Shown here piece by piece: positions 40,408-50,289 of a DNA stretch of 64,000 bases. The translations under genes and the position numbers were made by a program. Numbering within the stretch: the first letter of the stretch is position 1; each line of letters opens with the position of its first letter. The DNA comes from a virus (taxonomy: Duplodnaviria > Heunggongvirae > Uroviricota > Caudoviricetes). Below the pieces are notes generated by a model, which worked only from the letters and a program-made list of their open reading frames with translations, had not been told where the DNA came from and did no database searches. The stretch is taken from the IMG/VR virus record IMGVR_UViG_3300028888_000051, positions 163,384 through 227,383 of that record. One strand, given 5' to 3'.

Positions 40408-40981
40408 CTATTTCTCCAGCTAATTTGAGATAAGTATATATTTCTTTAGCGTTATCTGTAAAATTGAAATGAGTATATTTTGAATTTTTTGTAAAACTTA
40501 TACCTGCTTTTGATAATTTATCAATTATAATATCATTTAAAATATTATTTTTAATACAAATTTTTTTAAATGCTACTTGTGGAAGTTTTAAATTACCTAT
40601 TTTATTATCAGGTGTTTTATATGTATAAATTAAATATACTATATAATTAAGTATAATATGTTTATAAGTGTCTGTATCTATTTTACGTTTTCTAAAATAA
40701 TTTATTAAAGAAGGTTTAAATTCATAATATTGTTCATTTATATTACTAAAAGTTTCAATTTTTAGTTGTTTATAATACTTTTTATTTATTGTTTGAAATA
40801 ATTTTTCATTAAAAATTCTAAAATAAAATCTATTATACTTATTATCTATTGTTTCAAATGATGATATTTCAAAAAATTCATTTTTCTGTAATAAATATTT
40901 ATATTTTCGCTCTAAATATTTCAGAGCTAATACATATATATTTGATATTTCTAAATTTACGTGTAACATTTTTACTCTCAT
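40391..40981 (-). CDS. hypothetical protein (196 aa)
   Basis: ORF. Confidence 0.45.
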   Translation of the reverse strand: MRVKMLHVNLEISNIYVLALKYLERKYKYLLQKNEFFEISSFETIDNKYNRFYFRIFNEKLFQTINKKYYKQLKIETFSNINEQYYEFKPSLINYFRKRKIDTDTYKHIILNYIVYLIYTYKTPDNKIGNLKLPQVAFKKICIKNNILNDIIIDKLSKAGISFTKNSKYTHFNFTDNAKEIYTYLKLAGEIDVFSK

Positions 40982-41027
40982 TAATTAAATGTATTATAAC
41001 AAAATAATCAATGAGAGTAAAACCTTT

Positions 41028-42377
41028 TTAAGCTATAATATTATCTGGTCCATTATTAATTGATAAATCATATTTTTGTTTATAAAAAGGACCTACTTTA
41101 TTTAGCATTTTTTTAACCGTAGAGTGAATACTTTCATTTTCTAAATCAATTATGCCTTCAGGAACCTCTTGCTTACCACGAAGTAAAATACGAGCAATAA
41201 GTTGACCTAATTCAAAGCACATAGATTCATCAAAACCCCGAGTTGTAATCGCTGGAGTACCAATTCTAATTGCAGAAGATTCAGATGGTTTAGTATCACC
41301 CGGCATCATGTTTTTATTACAAATAATATGATATGATGTTAATAAGTCTTCAGCCTGTTTACCATTTATACCAGAATTTCTAAGGTCTACTAATACCATA
41401 TGATTTTCTGAGCCATTACTAATGAATCCTATTTTATTTTCTTTATCGAAATCTCTTATACCATTGATAAGTGCTTGCATATTACAATATACTTGTTCTA
41501 TATAATCTTTAAATTCTGGTTTGAGAGCTTCAATAAAACATTGTGCTTTAGCAGCAACAAGTGCTTCATTTGGACCACCTTGAATTTTTGGAAAACACCC
41601 ACTGTTAATTTTACTACAAAGTTTTTGGTCATTCCAAAGAATTATACCACCACGAGGTCCTCTTAAAGTTTTGTGTGTTGTAGAAGTGATCACATCACAC
41701 CATTTAGTTGGATCATATTTATCTTTCCATAAATGAGCAGCAATAAATCCCATTACATGAGCTGAATCAGACATAAGATAACATTTTGTTTCTTCATCCC
41801 TACCAAGATTATATACATCTACCAATTTCCTTATATATTCATAATTAATTCGTTTAGAATAAGCTGAAGCTCCAACAACTAACATTCTTGGATGATATTG
41901 AAGTAATTTTTGTTTAATTTCTTCATAATTCAATTCACCATTTTCATCAAGACCATAATATACAGGATTATATATATGACCTGTTAATGAAGCTTTAGAG
42001 TAGTGTGTCAAATGTCCGCCATATTCTATGCCCATTCCAAGTACTGTATCACCTGGTTTTAAAAGACCTGCATATACAGCTTGATTAGCCTGAGAGCCAG
42101 AATGAGGTTGAACACAAGCAAAATTTACATTAAATAATTCTTTAGCTTTTTCTATAGCATAATTTTCTACTTCATTTATTACTTCACATCCAGCATAATG
42201 ACGTCCCTGTTTAGAAACTTCATTTGGAAATCCTTCTGCATACTTTACAGATAAATGACTTCCCAAAAGATCAAGAATATCTTGACTTGGATAGTTTTCT
42301 GAAGCTATTAATTCAATACCATCATTAAGACGATTTGTCTCTTTGCTTTCTAATTGTTGTAATTTTTGATCAATCAT
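41028..42377 (-). CDS. glyA: serine hydroxymethyltransferase
   Basis: PLP-lysine motif TSTTHKTLRGPRGG, GSQANQAVY, overall SHMT length and motif order. Confidence 0.9.
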   Translation of the reverse strand: MIDQKLQQLESKETNRLNDGIELIASENYPSQDILDLLGSHLSVKYAEGFPNEVSKQGRHYAGCEVINEVENYAIEKAKELFNVNFACVQPHSGSQANQAVYAGLLKPGDTVLGMGIEYGGHLTHYSKASLTGHIYNPVYYGLDENGELNYEEIKQKLLQYHPRMLVVGASAYSKRINYEYIRKLVDVYNLGRDEETKCYLMSDSAHVMGFIAAHLWKDKYDPTKWCDVITSTTHKTLRGPRGGIILWNDQKLCSKINSGCFPKIQGGPNEALVAAKAQCFIEALKPEFKDYIEQVYCNMQALINGIRDFDKENKIGFISNGSENHMVLVDLRNSGINGKQAEDLLTSYHIICNKNMMPGDTKPSESSAIRIGTPAITTRGFDESMCFELGQLIARILLRGKQEVPEGIIDLENESIHSTVKKMLNKVGPFYKQKYDLSINNGPDNIIA

Positions 42378-42489
42378 TTATATCTCCTTTTCTATTTTCT
42401 TAAATACGTATACCATAACAATAATCCACAAGCACATGATAAACATAATGCTAGAACAAATATTCCTAAGTTATTTGTTATATCTTCTA

Positions 42490-42618
42490 TCATTCTTCTT
42501 TTATATTTAAATCAATATCATCATTTTCAATTAACTCTTTAATACGTCTGGCAATAGTATATCTACCATATCCTAATACTCTATCTATAATAATATTTAT
42601 GTTATATCTTTTAGTCAT
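42490..42618 (-). CDS. possible small HTH-like protein (42 aa)
   Basis: own translation: MTKRYNINIIIDRVLGYGRYTIARRIKELIENDDIDLNIKEE; below ORF-track size cutoff. Confidence 0.25.
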   Translation of the reverse strand: MTKRYNINIIIDRVLGYGRYTIARRIKELIENDDIDLNIKEE

Positions 42619-42826
42619 TTAGAACTCTATCTTCTATTAGAGTATTTTTTAATTTATTAAGCTCTTGTTTTAGTTCATCTAAAGTCAAATTTTTATCATT
42701 AGTCATATTAATTCTACCAAGATGCTTATACCAAGTGATTAACAAACCTGTTTCAGTGTCTAAAATGTAAAAATCATCCTCATATCTAGTTAAAATAAAC
42801 TCATAACTATTATACCCAGATGTCAA
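42611..42826 (-). CDS. hypothetical protein (71 aa)
   Basis: ORF. Confidence 0.4.
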   Translation of the reverse strand: MTSGYNSYEFILTRYEDDFYILDTETGLLITWYKHLGRINMTNDKNLTLDELKQELNKLKNTLIEDRVLND

Positions 42827-42943
42827 TAAATCAAAAGTTTACCATATTGTTCATTTGTAAATACTTCATTAAAAGTATTACAAAAATCTTCTCTTTCAAA
42901 ATGATACTGTTCCATGCTATCAAACATTATTTTCTTCCTTTCA

Positions 42944-43663
42944 TCATAAAGCGAAAAATTCCCACTTCTTCTTTTTACAATACTCTAATGCACTATTATG
43001 TAAATTGCAAGAAGAACAATTGTTACATGGTTTTTTATCAACACAACCTGGAGATTGACAATATGAACAATATTTTAATATTTTATGCTCATGTAAATAC
43101 CACAAAATATATTTCTTTTCAACCCACTCAAATGGTAAATATAAACTAGCATTAGCTTTACTCATTGAGTTTATAGTTTCAAAAAGATTATTAAATTTAT
43201 CTATAAAGTGCCATATATCATCATTTTTTATATATCCACATGAGATTAAACGGTTATTACCCCTAATTAAATTCGATATCATACTTAAAAACAATTGTGG
43301 CTGACTAATACCTCCTCCATTACAATAATCATCACAATCACCATTTTCTTTAATTTCAAATGTAATGTGATTAACTAATATTTTTTGCTTTTTAAATATC
43401 TTAAGTAATTGTTTTTGAGCAATTATATCAGCAGGATAACTTCCGAATCGGTCATAATTTATAGAAACAAGATTGATAGTTTTATGGAACTTTTCCCACA
43501 AATATAATACTAAAGCTGTAGAATCACATCCACCACTCCATAAAACAAAAATGTCTGAAATATTTTCTGGTATTTTTATATAATTACTATACAAATCATT
43601 TACCCAATTAAAAAATTCTGAACCGATTATATCTTCTCGTATATCCATGACTTTCCTATTCAA
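42944..43663 (-). CDS. PP-loop ATP pyrophosphatase, QueC-like (7-cyano-7-deazaguanine synthase family)
   Basis: N-terminal PP-loop VLWSGGCDSTALVLYL; C-terminal zinc motif CQSPGC...CNNCSSCNLH matching QueC CxxCxxCNL[RH]. Confidence 0.6.
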   Translation of the reverse strand: MNRKVMDIREDIIGSEFFNWVNDLYSNYIKIPENISDIFVLWSGGCDSTALVLYLWEKFHKTINLVSINYDRFGSYPADIIAQKQLLKIFKKQKILVNHITFEIKENGDCDDYCNGGGISQPQLFLSMISNLIRGNNRLISCGYIKNDDIWHFIDKFNNLFETINSMSKANASLYLPFEWVEKKYILWYLHEHKILKYCSYCQSPGCVDKKPCNNCSSCNLHNSALEYCKKKKWEFFAL

Positions 43664-43750
43664 TATTAATCTTTTTCTTTTGTTTCAAATCAACCGTGTT
43701 TTAAAGCAAATTTACTAAAAGTAATTAGAATATTTTGTGTTAGTATTTCT

Positions 43751-43996
43751 TCATTCTCTATCTTTATGGACTGCTTTTATTGCTTGGTTATATAACCACT
43801 CTTTATAGCCATCTATACTCATCGAATAAAAGTTTCCTAGACGAGTATTTATAGAGTATTGTTTATTGTTATACTTAAAAGATACATCTATTCCTTTATT
43901 TAAATCTTCCCAAGTTGCATTATCAGGAATAGCATCCCAAAAACTATCAATGATGTTGTAGATTTGAAAGTGTTCATCTTCGTAGTCTTTAGTCAT
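43751..43996 (-). CDS. hypothetical protein (81 aa)
   Basis: ORF. Confidence 0.4.
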   Translation of the reverse strand: MTKDYEDEHFQIYNIIDSFWDAIPDNATWEDLNKGIDVSFKYNNKQYSINTRLGNFYSMSIDGYKEWLYNQAIKAVHKDRE

Positions 43997-44199
43997 TTCA
44001 ATACCTCATCTATTTTGGTTAAAAGTTCTGCTTTGTTTTTAAAAATATCTACATACCAACAAACTGGTCTTCTACACTCTTTCAGAAGTTCTTTGAGCTG
44101 TTTGTTTTCTAAAATAATTTTATCAATATCCTTTATAATAATAGTTCGTTTAAGTTGTGATTCTTTAAGTATTGCCATATAATCATCTACATCAGTCAT
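43993..44199 (-). CDS. hypothetical protein (68 aa)
   Basis: ORF, ATGA overlap. Confidence 0.4.
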   Translation of the reverse strand: MTDVDDYMAILKESQLKRTIIIKDIDKIILENKQLKELLKECRRPVCWYVDIFKNKAELLTKIDEVLK

Positions 44200-44230
44200 T
44201 CTTCATTCTCCAAACGTGCTTTTAAAATAT

Positions 44231-44533
44231 TTAATCCTTATCTAAAAATTTCTTTTCTGTTTGCATTCTTTCTGGAATTATTTTCCATAATTTATTAATC
44301 GCATACGAAGTAAATGCATCAATAACTTTAGCAGTTTGCTTTTTAGTATCAATGACATAAATATCATCTTTTATTTTTACGTATAAAATATTTTCATTAG
44401 TCATTTCATATATAAAGTATCCTTTTTTAAGATATCCTAAAGCTTCTTCAAAATTTACGGTAAAATTAAAATCTATTTTTAGATCATTACCCCAAATAAG
44501 AACTTTAAATAACCACCAAAATAATTTAATCAT
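44231..44533 (-). CDS. hypothetical protein (100 aa)
   Basis: ORF. Confidence 0.4.
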   Translation of the reverse strand: MIKLFWWLFKVLIWGNDLKIDFNFTVNFEEALGYLKKGYFIYEMTNENILYVKIKDDIYVIDTKKQTAKVIDAFTSYAINKLWKIIPERMQTEKKFLDKD

Positions 44534-44951
44534 CTTGTTTGTCCTTTATATGTGTGATTGATATGCTCCAACCTTTATTTTCTAATTCGACATGATAACT
44601 TTCCCAATATTCTCTATCTGTTTCACGAGTCGATTTATCAGTAATTTTTCCTTTTAATACATTATCATTAATAAGTATTTCTATATTATCATTCAGATTC
44701 ATTTGTTTTAACTCCAACATTACTTCATTTTGAATATTATTAACATCAGTCTCGTTTTCAAAGATTTCGGTAGATTGATTTATTTTTTCTTTTAACTCAT
44801 TATTTTCTTCTTTTAATTCTTTTATTTCATTTTTCTCTTTTGTACAAGAACAATTACTATGACCAATTGTATATCCTAAAAGGAAACCTGCATTTGCATT
44901 AAAAGAAATTGTCATCAAAACTGTTAAAGTTATTAATAGTTTAATCATCAT
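44526..44951 (-). CDS. secreted protein with signal peptide and coiled-coil (141 aa)
   Basis: MMIKLLITLTVLMTISFNANA signal-like N-terminus. Confidence 0.45.
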   Translation of the reverse strand: MMIKLLITLTVLMTISFNANAGFLLGYTIGHSNCSCTKEKNEIKELKEENNELKEKINQSTEIFENETDVNNIQNEVMLELKQMNLNDNIEILINDNVLKGKITDKSTRETDREYWESYHVELENKGWSISITHIKDKQDD

Positions 44952-45325
44952 CTATTTCTTTCAATCCTATTAGCTAGCTTCTTGATTTCTTTGCATACAT
45001 CATCATAATTTATACTTTTACTTTTTAAACACAAAATCAAGTAGTCTTGATTTCTATTAATATTGTTTTCTATTTCGAAACGCCAATTATAAAAGGGATT
45101 TAAGTAATTAAAACAAAAATCACGTATAATATCTAAATTCTTAACAGCCATATAGATTTCACATGGTGTTTTTCCATGTCCACAACAACACGAAAGTGTT
45201 TTTATACCACTCAATGTATTTAAAATAAAAATTAAATTATGTAATTCTTTATCTATTTCTTTATAAGGAATATTTATATTATCTATTTTATCAAATTCTA
45301 TTTTTTGCATAATATTAATCCTCAA
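44948..45325 (-). CDS. hypothetical Cys-rich protein (125 aa, CCCGHGKTPC)
   Basis: ORF. Confidence 0.4.
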   Translation of the reverse strand: MRINIMQKIEFDKIDNINIPYKEIDKELHNLIFILNTLSGIKTLSCCCGHGKTPCEIYMAVKNLDIIRDFCFNYLNPFYNWRFEIENNINRNQDYLILCLKSKSINYDDVCKEIKKLANRIERNR

Positions 45326-45551
45326 ACCAACAACCTGTTTCTTCAGCTAATTCTAAAAATCTTTTTGTTATTTTTAAAGCTTTTTTCACTTCTAATACAT
45401 CATATTCATTAGCTAGAATTTCCTCAGGATGTAAGGATTCTTCTGTTTGATATATCATTTGCTCAACACTACAAACTTTAAATGGAATAATTTGGCCAAG
45501 CTCTTCATTATATCCAATATTTTCTTTTAACTTATATTCATCTTCTAACAT
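45315..45551 (-). CDS. hypothetical protein (78 aa)
   Basis: ORF. Confidence 0.4.
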   Translation of the reverse strand: MLEDEYKLKENIGYNEELGQIIPFKVCSVEQMIYQTEESLHPEEILANEYDVLEVKKALKITKRFLELAEETGCWFED

Positions 45552-45832
45552 TATTTCACCTCACAAGAAATCGGTTTGCCATTAAAATCCAAATTATTCG
45601 CTAATCTTGAAGCCCCTTCTATATATTCTTTTCCATCAATACAAACTATTTTATATTGATACATAGAATTTGTTTTAAGATATTCTATTTTTTCTTGACA
45701 TTTAGAATCATTTGTATGAGCACATGGATTATCACAACCTGTTATCAATAAACATATAAATAATATTCCGATAAAAATATTATCGAACCATCCATATTTT
45801 AGTCTTTTTCTTAAATATTCTTCATTGAACAT
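45551..45832 (-). CDS. putative lipoprotein (93 aa)
   Basis: lipobox LITGC after hydrophobic segment. Confidence 0.45.
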   Translation of the reverse strand: MFNEEYLRKRLKYGWFDNIFIGILFICLLITGCDNPCAHTNDSKCQEKIEYLKTNSMYQYKIVCIDGKEYIEGASRLANNLDFNGKPISCEVK

Positions 45833-46049
45833 TTTCTAATTCCTTTTCAATAAATTCGTCACAAGCTCTTTTCATATGAAACTGACTTCTTTTATTAGTT
45901 GGTAAATATACAATTTCATCGTCTTTTATAACAAACATTATTGTTTTATTTATACCTATATCTAATTTATGCTTAGGAATAGTATAGTATATCTTATAAC
46001 CTTCTTTTTCACTTAATAGATCAAATATTAGCTTTTGTTGAAGATTCAT
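45822..46049 (-). CDS. hypothetical protein (75 aa)
   Basis: ORF. Confidence 0.4.
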   Translation of the reverse strand: MNLQQKLIFDLLSEKEGYKIYYTIPKHKLDIGINKTIMFVIKDDEIVYLPTNKRSQFHMKRACDEFIEKELENVQ

Positions 46050-46262
46050 TTATTCATCCCTATATCTTAAACGGTTATAATCAATCCATTTACTGTTTTC
46101 TTGTTTAACCATACAGCCTTGAATCGGTCCATATGACCATTCCATTTCTTGCATAATAGCTTTAGATTTACATTTATAGGCATTAAACCCTACGGTAAAA
46201 GCAGAAAATATTATTAAACATATTATTGTAACAATTACTACTATCCATTCATCTTTATCCAT
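46050..46262 (-). CDS. small membrane protein (70 aa)
   Basis: TM segment WIVVIVTIICLIIFSAFTVGF. Confidence 0.4.
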   Translation of the reverse strand: MDKDEWIVVIVTIICLIIFSAFTVGFNAYKCKSKAIMQEMEWSYGPIQGCMVKQENSKWIDYNRLRYRDE

Positions 46263-46272
46263 TTTATTTCTC

Positions 46273-46800
46273 CTAAGTTATATTTAAGTGATCTATAAAT
46301 GGCCAATCTTCATTATCGTATGTGATAACAAATGGCCAATTTAAAAGCATACCAATACGTTTTATTGGAAATTCTTTTTGTAATTCATCAAAAATTAATT
46401 GATTCTTTTTGTGTACTTTATTTAAATAATACCACCATTCTTGTGGCAACCACATTCTAGCATTAGGCATTGTAACTCTTGTATCATCTTCAAACAAATA
46501 ATGATCTCTATCAAAATACAAACCCATTTTATCATAGGATGTATGTCCTTTAGTATCTGTATAAGGTAAATGTATACAAAGTTCTGGTCTAATATTAGAA
46601 TATTCTTTTATAATAACAATATGACCTTTTACTTTTAAATTATCTAAAAATCTTTTTATTTGTTCGATTAAAAGATGACAAGCTATTTTACGAGCATCTA
46701 TAATATGATGTTCTTCCCAGTCCCAATCTTTTTGTTTACCAGCATATTTTAAAGCATTTTCATATATTTCTTTTGCTGCTATTTCATTATATTGACTCAT
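46273..46800 (-). CDS. hypothetical protein (175 aa)
   Basis: ORF. Confidence 0.45.
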   Translation of the reverse strand: MSQYNEIAAKEIYENALKYAGKQKDWDWEEHHIIDARKIACHLLIEQIKRFLDNLKVKGHIVIIKEYSNIRPELCIHLPYTDTKGHTSYDKMGLYFDRDHYLFEDDTRVTMPNARMWLPQEWWYYLNKVHKKNQLIFDELQKEFPIKRIGMLLNWPFVITYDNEDWPFIDHLNIT

Positions 46801-46803
46801 ATC

Positions 46804-47268
46804 TTAAAATCCTCTTTCATTAAAATATGTTATCAGCTTTTCCCACACTTCATCAGATTCCGTATTGTCATCATTTAAATCAAATGTTATTTTTCTTATT
46901 TCCTCTATATCCAAAGCGTTTATATCACAAGGATTATATGAACAAATACCATAATTGATTTCTTCTTTTCTTGTATATGCTTGTCTTATTGGTTTAAATT
47001 CTTCATAAGTAAGAAATTTTAATTTAAATCCATTTCTATCTACAAAACAATCCTTTTCAGCACTCCACTCAGCTTTCTTTGTTTCATACCTTGTAAACCA
47101 ACTTTCACTTCTAAATCCATTCCATTTATGAGAAAAATCAAATGTTTCATAATATTCATGATCTATTAATAGACTTTTAGGCATAACTGGAATTACAAAA
47201 CATTCTTCTTTAGTAATATGATTTTTCTTTTTATATTCAATATATTTGTTTTTTAACCATTTAAACAT
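46804..47268 (-). CDS. hypothetical protein (154 aa)
   Basis: ORF. Confidence 0.45.
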   Translation of the reverse strand: MFKWLKNKYIEYKKKNHITKEECFVIPVMPKSLLIDHEYYETFDFSHKWNGFRSESWFTRYETKKAEWSAEKDCFVDRNGFKLKFLTYEEFKPIRQAYTRKEEINYGICSYNPCDINALDIEEIRKITFDLNDDNTESDEVWEKLITYFNERGF

Positions 47269-47684
47269 TATTCTTTATCCTTGTTTTCTTTAATGTTCAT
47301 GTCTTTTTCGGTTAAAATGATCATTTTTCCATTTTCTGGACTAATTTGCAATACAGCTTGTCTGATGATACAATCGTTACCTAAACTTTGCGGAATATTA
47401 TACCACCAGTCAATAACGCTTTGACAATCTTCTTCATCAAAATCTCTCAAATCACCAAATAAAGCAATAGTTCGCATATAATCAGAAGCGTCATCATCAG
47501 CTCTATCTATGAACTCTATATCAATACTTCCTTCTGATCCTGTTGGTAAATTACCATTATCATTTGGATGATACCAAGTATTTCTCACAAAGATTTTAGA
47601 GAAATCAGTTTTGCTGTTTGGTTGTAAAATCATTTTCATATCGTCTACTCTGATACAGCCTGTAATATGTGTCCAAATGCTCAT
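47268..47684 (-). CDS. hypothetical protein (138 aa)
   Basis: ORF. Confidence 0.45.
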   Translation of the reverse strand: MSIWTHITGCIRVDDMKMILQPNSKTDFSKIFVRNTWYHPNDNGNLPTGSEGSIDIEFIDRADDDASDYMRTIALFGDLRDFDEEDCQSVIDWWYNIPQSLGNDCIIRQAVLQISPENGKMIILTEKDMNIKENKDKE

Positions 47685-48028
47685 TATTTTGTTTCCTTAT
47701 ATCCTTCAAAATTCCAAAAATCTATCATATTTTCACCATGTAAATATTCAATAGCAAATTTAGGAAAGTGACACCAAGTATTGTCATCAAGCATAATGGC
47801 TATGTCATTCTCATCACTTCTTTTTCTTGCAAACAATTTTGAAGATTCACACCAACCAATTATTTTGCTCTTTATAAATTCCTTGTTTTCGTACATATCA
47901 TAAAAATTTGTACAAAATTCACGATTCCAATTTTCAAAAAGAAATTTATTACTTGATAATTTCGGAATACTATTACTCATACTTTTACTTTCAAATGTGA
48001 TAAAATATACATAACATGTATAATTCAA
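47684..48028 (-). CDS. hypothetical protein (114 aa), first gene of minus-strand accessory array
   Basis: ORF; faces 350-nt divergent intergenic region. Confidence 0.45.
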   Translation of the reverse strand: MNYTCYVYFITFESKSMSNSIPKLSSNKFLFENWNREFCTNFYDMYENKEFIKSKIIGWCESSKLFARKRSDENDIAIMLDDNTWCHFPKFAIEYLHGENMIDFWNFEGYKETK

Positions 48029-48380
48029 ACATACTTTCTATAAGTCCAGCCATACATAAAGCTCCTGAATCTTTTATGATTTCTTTAAATCCAAAAGATT
48101 TTAGCCATAAATTTACCATTAAAACTAAAAATCCAATCATTAAAAACCTTACAAATGTGAATAATTTACTTTTAAATACAAAATATAATAAACATTTTGA
48201 ATTGTAAAACCATATTTTAATAAAAGTTTTATTTATGATATGAATATATTAAGAGGTCAAAAATAATACTTAAAATTTTTTAAAATATTATTATAATTAA
48301 CTGGTTCTAATTAATAGTTATCAAGTTCCACTAATTTAATATTTCTATTTTATTTAACATTTAACTATTAAGATATAAAA

Positions 48381-48791
48381 ATGGATATAACAAATAAACC
48401 AAAATTAGATCCAGAGATAAAAGTAGAATTATTAATAAAATTAGCTTTTGGTATATCAATGGATGAATTAGCAAAAGAATATGATTTAACTCGTGCTAAA
48501 ATAATAAATTTACGTAAAAACAATTATTTAATGTATAATGATTTTTTAGAGCATTGGAAAATTGATAAAGAGGTAGCAGTATTAGGTCTAGTGCCAAAAT
48601 ATGAAAGAGCTTTATCTATTGTCAAAAAATTTTATAAAAATAAAATAAAAATAATATCTATTAATGATATTCTATATAATAATAAACCTTGTACTATGAA
48701 TAATATTATAGATATGGCTGATGAAATTCTTAAAAAAGATGATATTAATAATTTTAAATCAATGTCTATAAATTTAAAAAACAATTATTAA
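48381..48791 (+). CDS. hypothetical protein (136 aa)
   Basis: ORF; GGTTCTAATTAATAG motif upstream. Confidence 0.45.
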   Translation: MDITNKPKLDPEIKVELLIKLAFGISMDELAKEYDLTRAKIINLRKNNYLMYNDFLEHWKIDKEVAVLGLVPKYERALSIVKKFYKNKIKIISINDILYNNKPCTMNNIIDMADEILKKDDINNFKSMSINLKNNY

Positions 48792-48815
48792 AAATTAAAA
48801 AAGGAGAAAACTATA

Positions 48816-49232
48816 ATGTCTATTTCAGTAAAAAATGTAGACTTAACAGAAACAGAATATAATTCAGAATTAGACTGGGCAGCAGATAAAGGATATTGGA
48901 TGAATATGCTTGGTGGTATTCGTTATGATTATATTAGACACAAATATATCATGGCACCAATTAAATATTCTGATGTATCTCTTGAAGGAGAATCTATTAA
49001 ATTTGCTTCTGGACAGGAATTTCAAGTAATTTATGCATGTTTAGCAGCTGAATATAAAAATAAAAAAGAAGTAAGAGATGCTTGGTGGGAAAGGGCTCAA
49101 AAAGTTGTTGAAGATTTTAAAGAACAACAAAAAATTCAATCACATATTGATTCAACTAATACTGATTTGAAAAAATTACGTAAAGAAGGGGCTCTTTTAG
49201 ATAAAGAAGATATAACTGACGGAATGGAATAA
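48816..49232 (+). CDS. hypothetical protein (138 aa)
   Basis: ORF, aaaaggag RBS. Confidence 0.5.
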   Translation: MSISVKNVDLTETEYNSELDWAADKGYWMNMLGGIRYDYIRHKYIMAPIKYSDVSLEGESIKFASGQEFQVIYACLAAEYKNKKEVRDAWWERAQKVVEDFKEQQKIQSHIDSTNTDLKKLRKEGALLDKEDITDGME

Positions 49233-49234
49233 TA

Positions 49235-49522
49235 ATGGTGGCAACAGCAGGTAAAGTAAAATCGATATCAGAAGATACAGGTTTATCAGAAGCCAATGTT
49301 GCTGCTGTATTATATTTATATCTTACATATTGTCTTCAGGAAGCTTTGATTGATGGACAAACAAGAACATTATTTGGTACACTTAAAATTAATCAAAATA
49401 ATCGTTTTGAATTAGAAACCGATAAGCAAGGTCTTATTGATTTAATAGATAAACGAGATATCAAATTAATTTATAAAATAGCTGAAAATGGACCAGATGC
49501 TTCAATATTTGGAAATTTATAA
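49235..49522 (+). CDS. hypothetical protein (95 aa)
   Basis: ORF. Confidence 0.45.
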   Translation: MVATAGKVKSISEDTGLSEANVAAVLYLYLTYCLQEALIDGQTRTLFGTLKINQNNRFELETDKQGLIDLIDKRDIKLIYKIAENGPDASIFGNL

Positions 49523-49761
49523 TGCCAAAAGTATATTCAAATAAGCATATTGAAGAAGATATTAAAAATTTAATTGAAGAAACATTTAATACTTGCTTAT
49601 CTAATAGAGAAGAAATATACTGGTTAATTACTTTATTGCGTGGATTTATGAAAGTACCAAACAAAAATACAAAATTAACTCCAGATAATATGCAATTAAA
49701 TAAATGGCAATATGAAATGACTCCAATTATTGAGAGTTTCATGAAAAAGTGGAAGTTGTAA
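49522..49761 (+). CDS. hypothetical protein (79 aa)
   Basis: ORF, ATGA-type overlap. Confidence 0.45.
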   Translation: MPKVYSNKHIEEDIKNLIEETFNTCLSNREEIYWLITLLRGFMKVPNKNTKLTPDNMQLNKWQYEMTPIIESFMKKWKL

Positions 49762-50253
49762 ATGGCTGAGCATAAAAAAAGAGGCACATATGAATTAACA
49801 TCTGAAGAATTAGCATCATCTGAAATGGTATTTATTGCCTGTACTTTATTAGAAAGTCGTGGTTATCCAGGATTTATGGAAATGCTAAATGTTTTGGACA
49901 ATCCTTCACTTGTAATAAAATTAATTCGTCTTTTTTATGGTATGACTATAAAATTTCCATCGATACAAGAATTTCAAGATTGTCTAAAAGCTTCAGAATA
50001 TATATTTACAGATTTTCATAAAAAAGTAAATGACATGCTTGTTGTAAAACCACTAGATATACGTAATCATATGCATATAACAGAGGAAGAAGAAGATAAA
50101 TTACTAAAATTATTTGATGAATGGGTACTTTATATGCATAAAGCTGGTTATCCAATTGAAAAATTGATGCATATTAATAGAAATATAACAAAAAAACGTA
50201 TTGAATCAGTTGTAACAGGTAAAAGAGCAAAAAAGAGTAAAAAGATTAGCTAG
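49762..50253 (+). CDS. hypothetical protein (163 aa)
   Basis: ORF. Confidence 0.45.
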   Translation: MAEHKKRGTYELTSEELASSEMVFIACTLLESRGYPGFMEMLNVLDNPSLVIKLIRLFYGMTIKFPSIQEFQDCLKASEYIFTDFHKKVNDMLVVKPLDIRNHMHITEEEEDKLLKLFDEWVLYMHKAGYPIEKLMHINRNITKKRIESVVTGKRAKKSKKIS

Positions 50254-50289
50254 TTCTATAATATAGTTTAAAATTTAAGGATATATACA

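Noticed and set aside
44948-45325. ORF with CCCGHGKTPC considered as QueD (6-carboxytetrahydropterin synthase)
   Set aside because: QueD needs the C-x3-H-G-H zinc motif. Here there is GHGK, not HGH, and no other QueD features.
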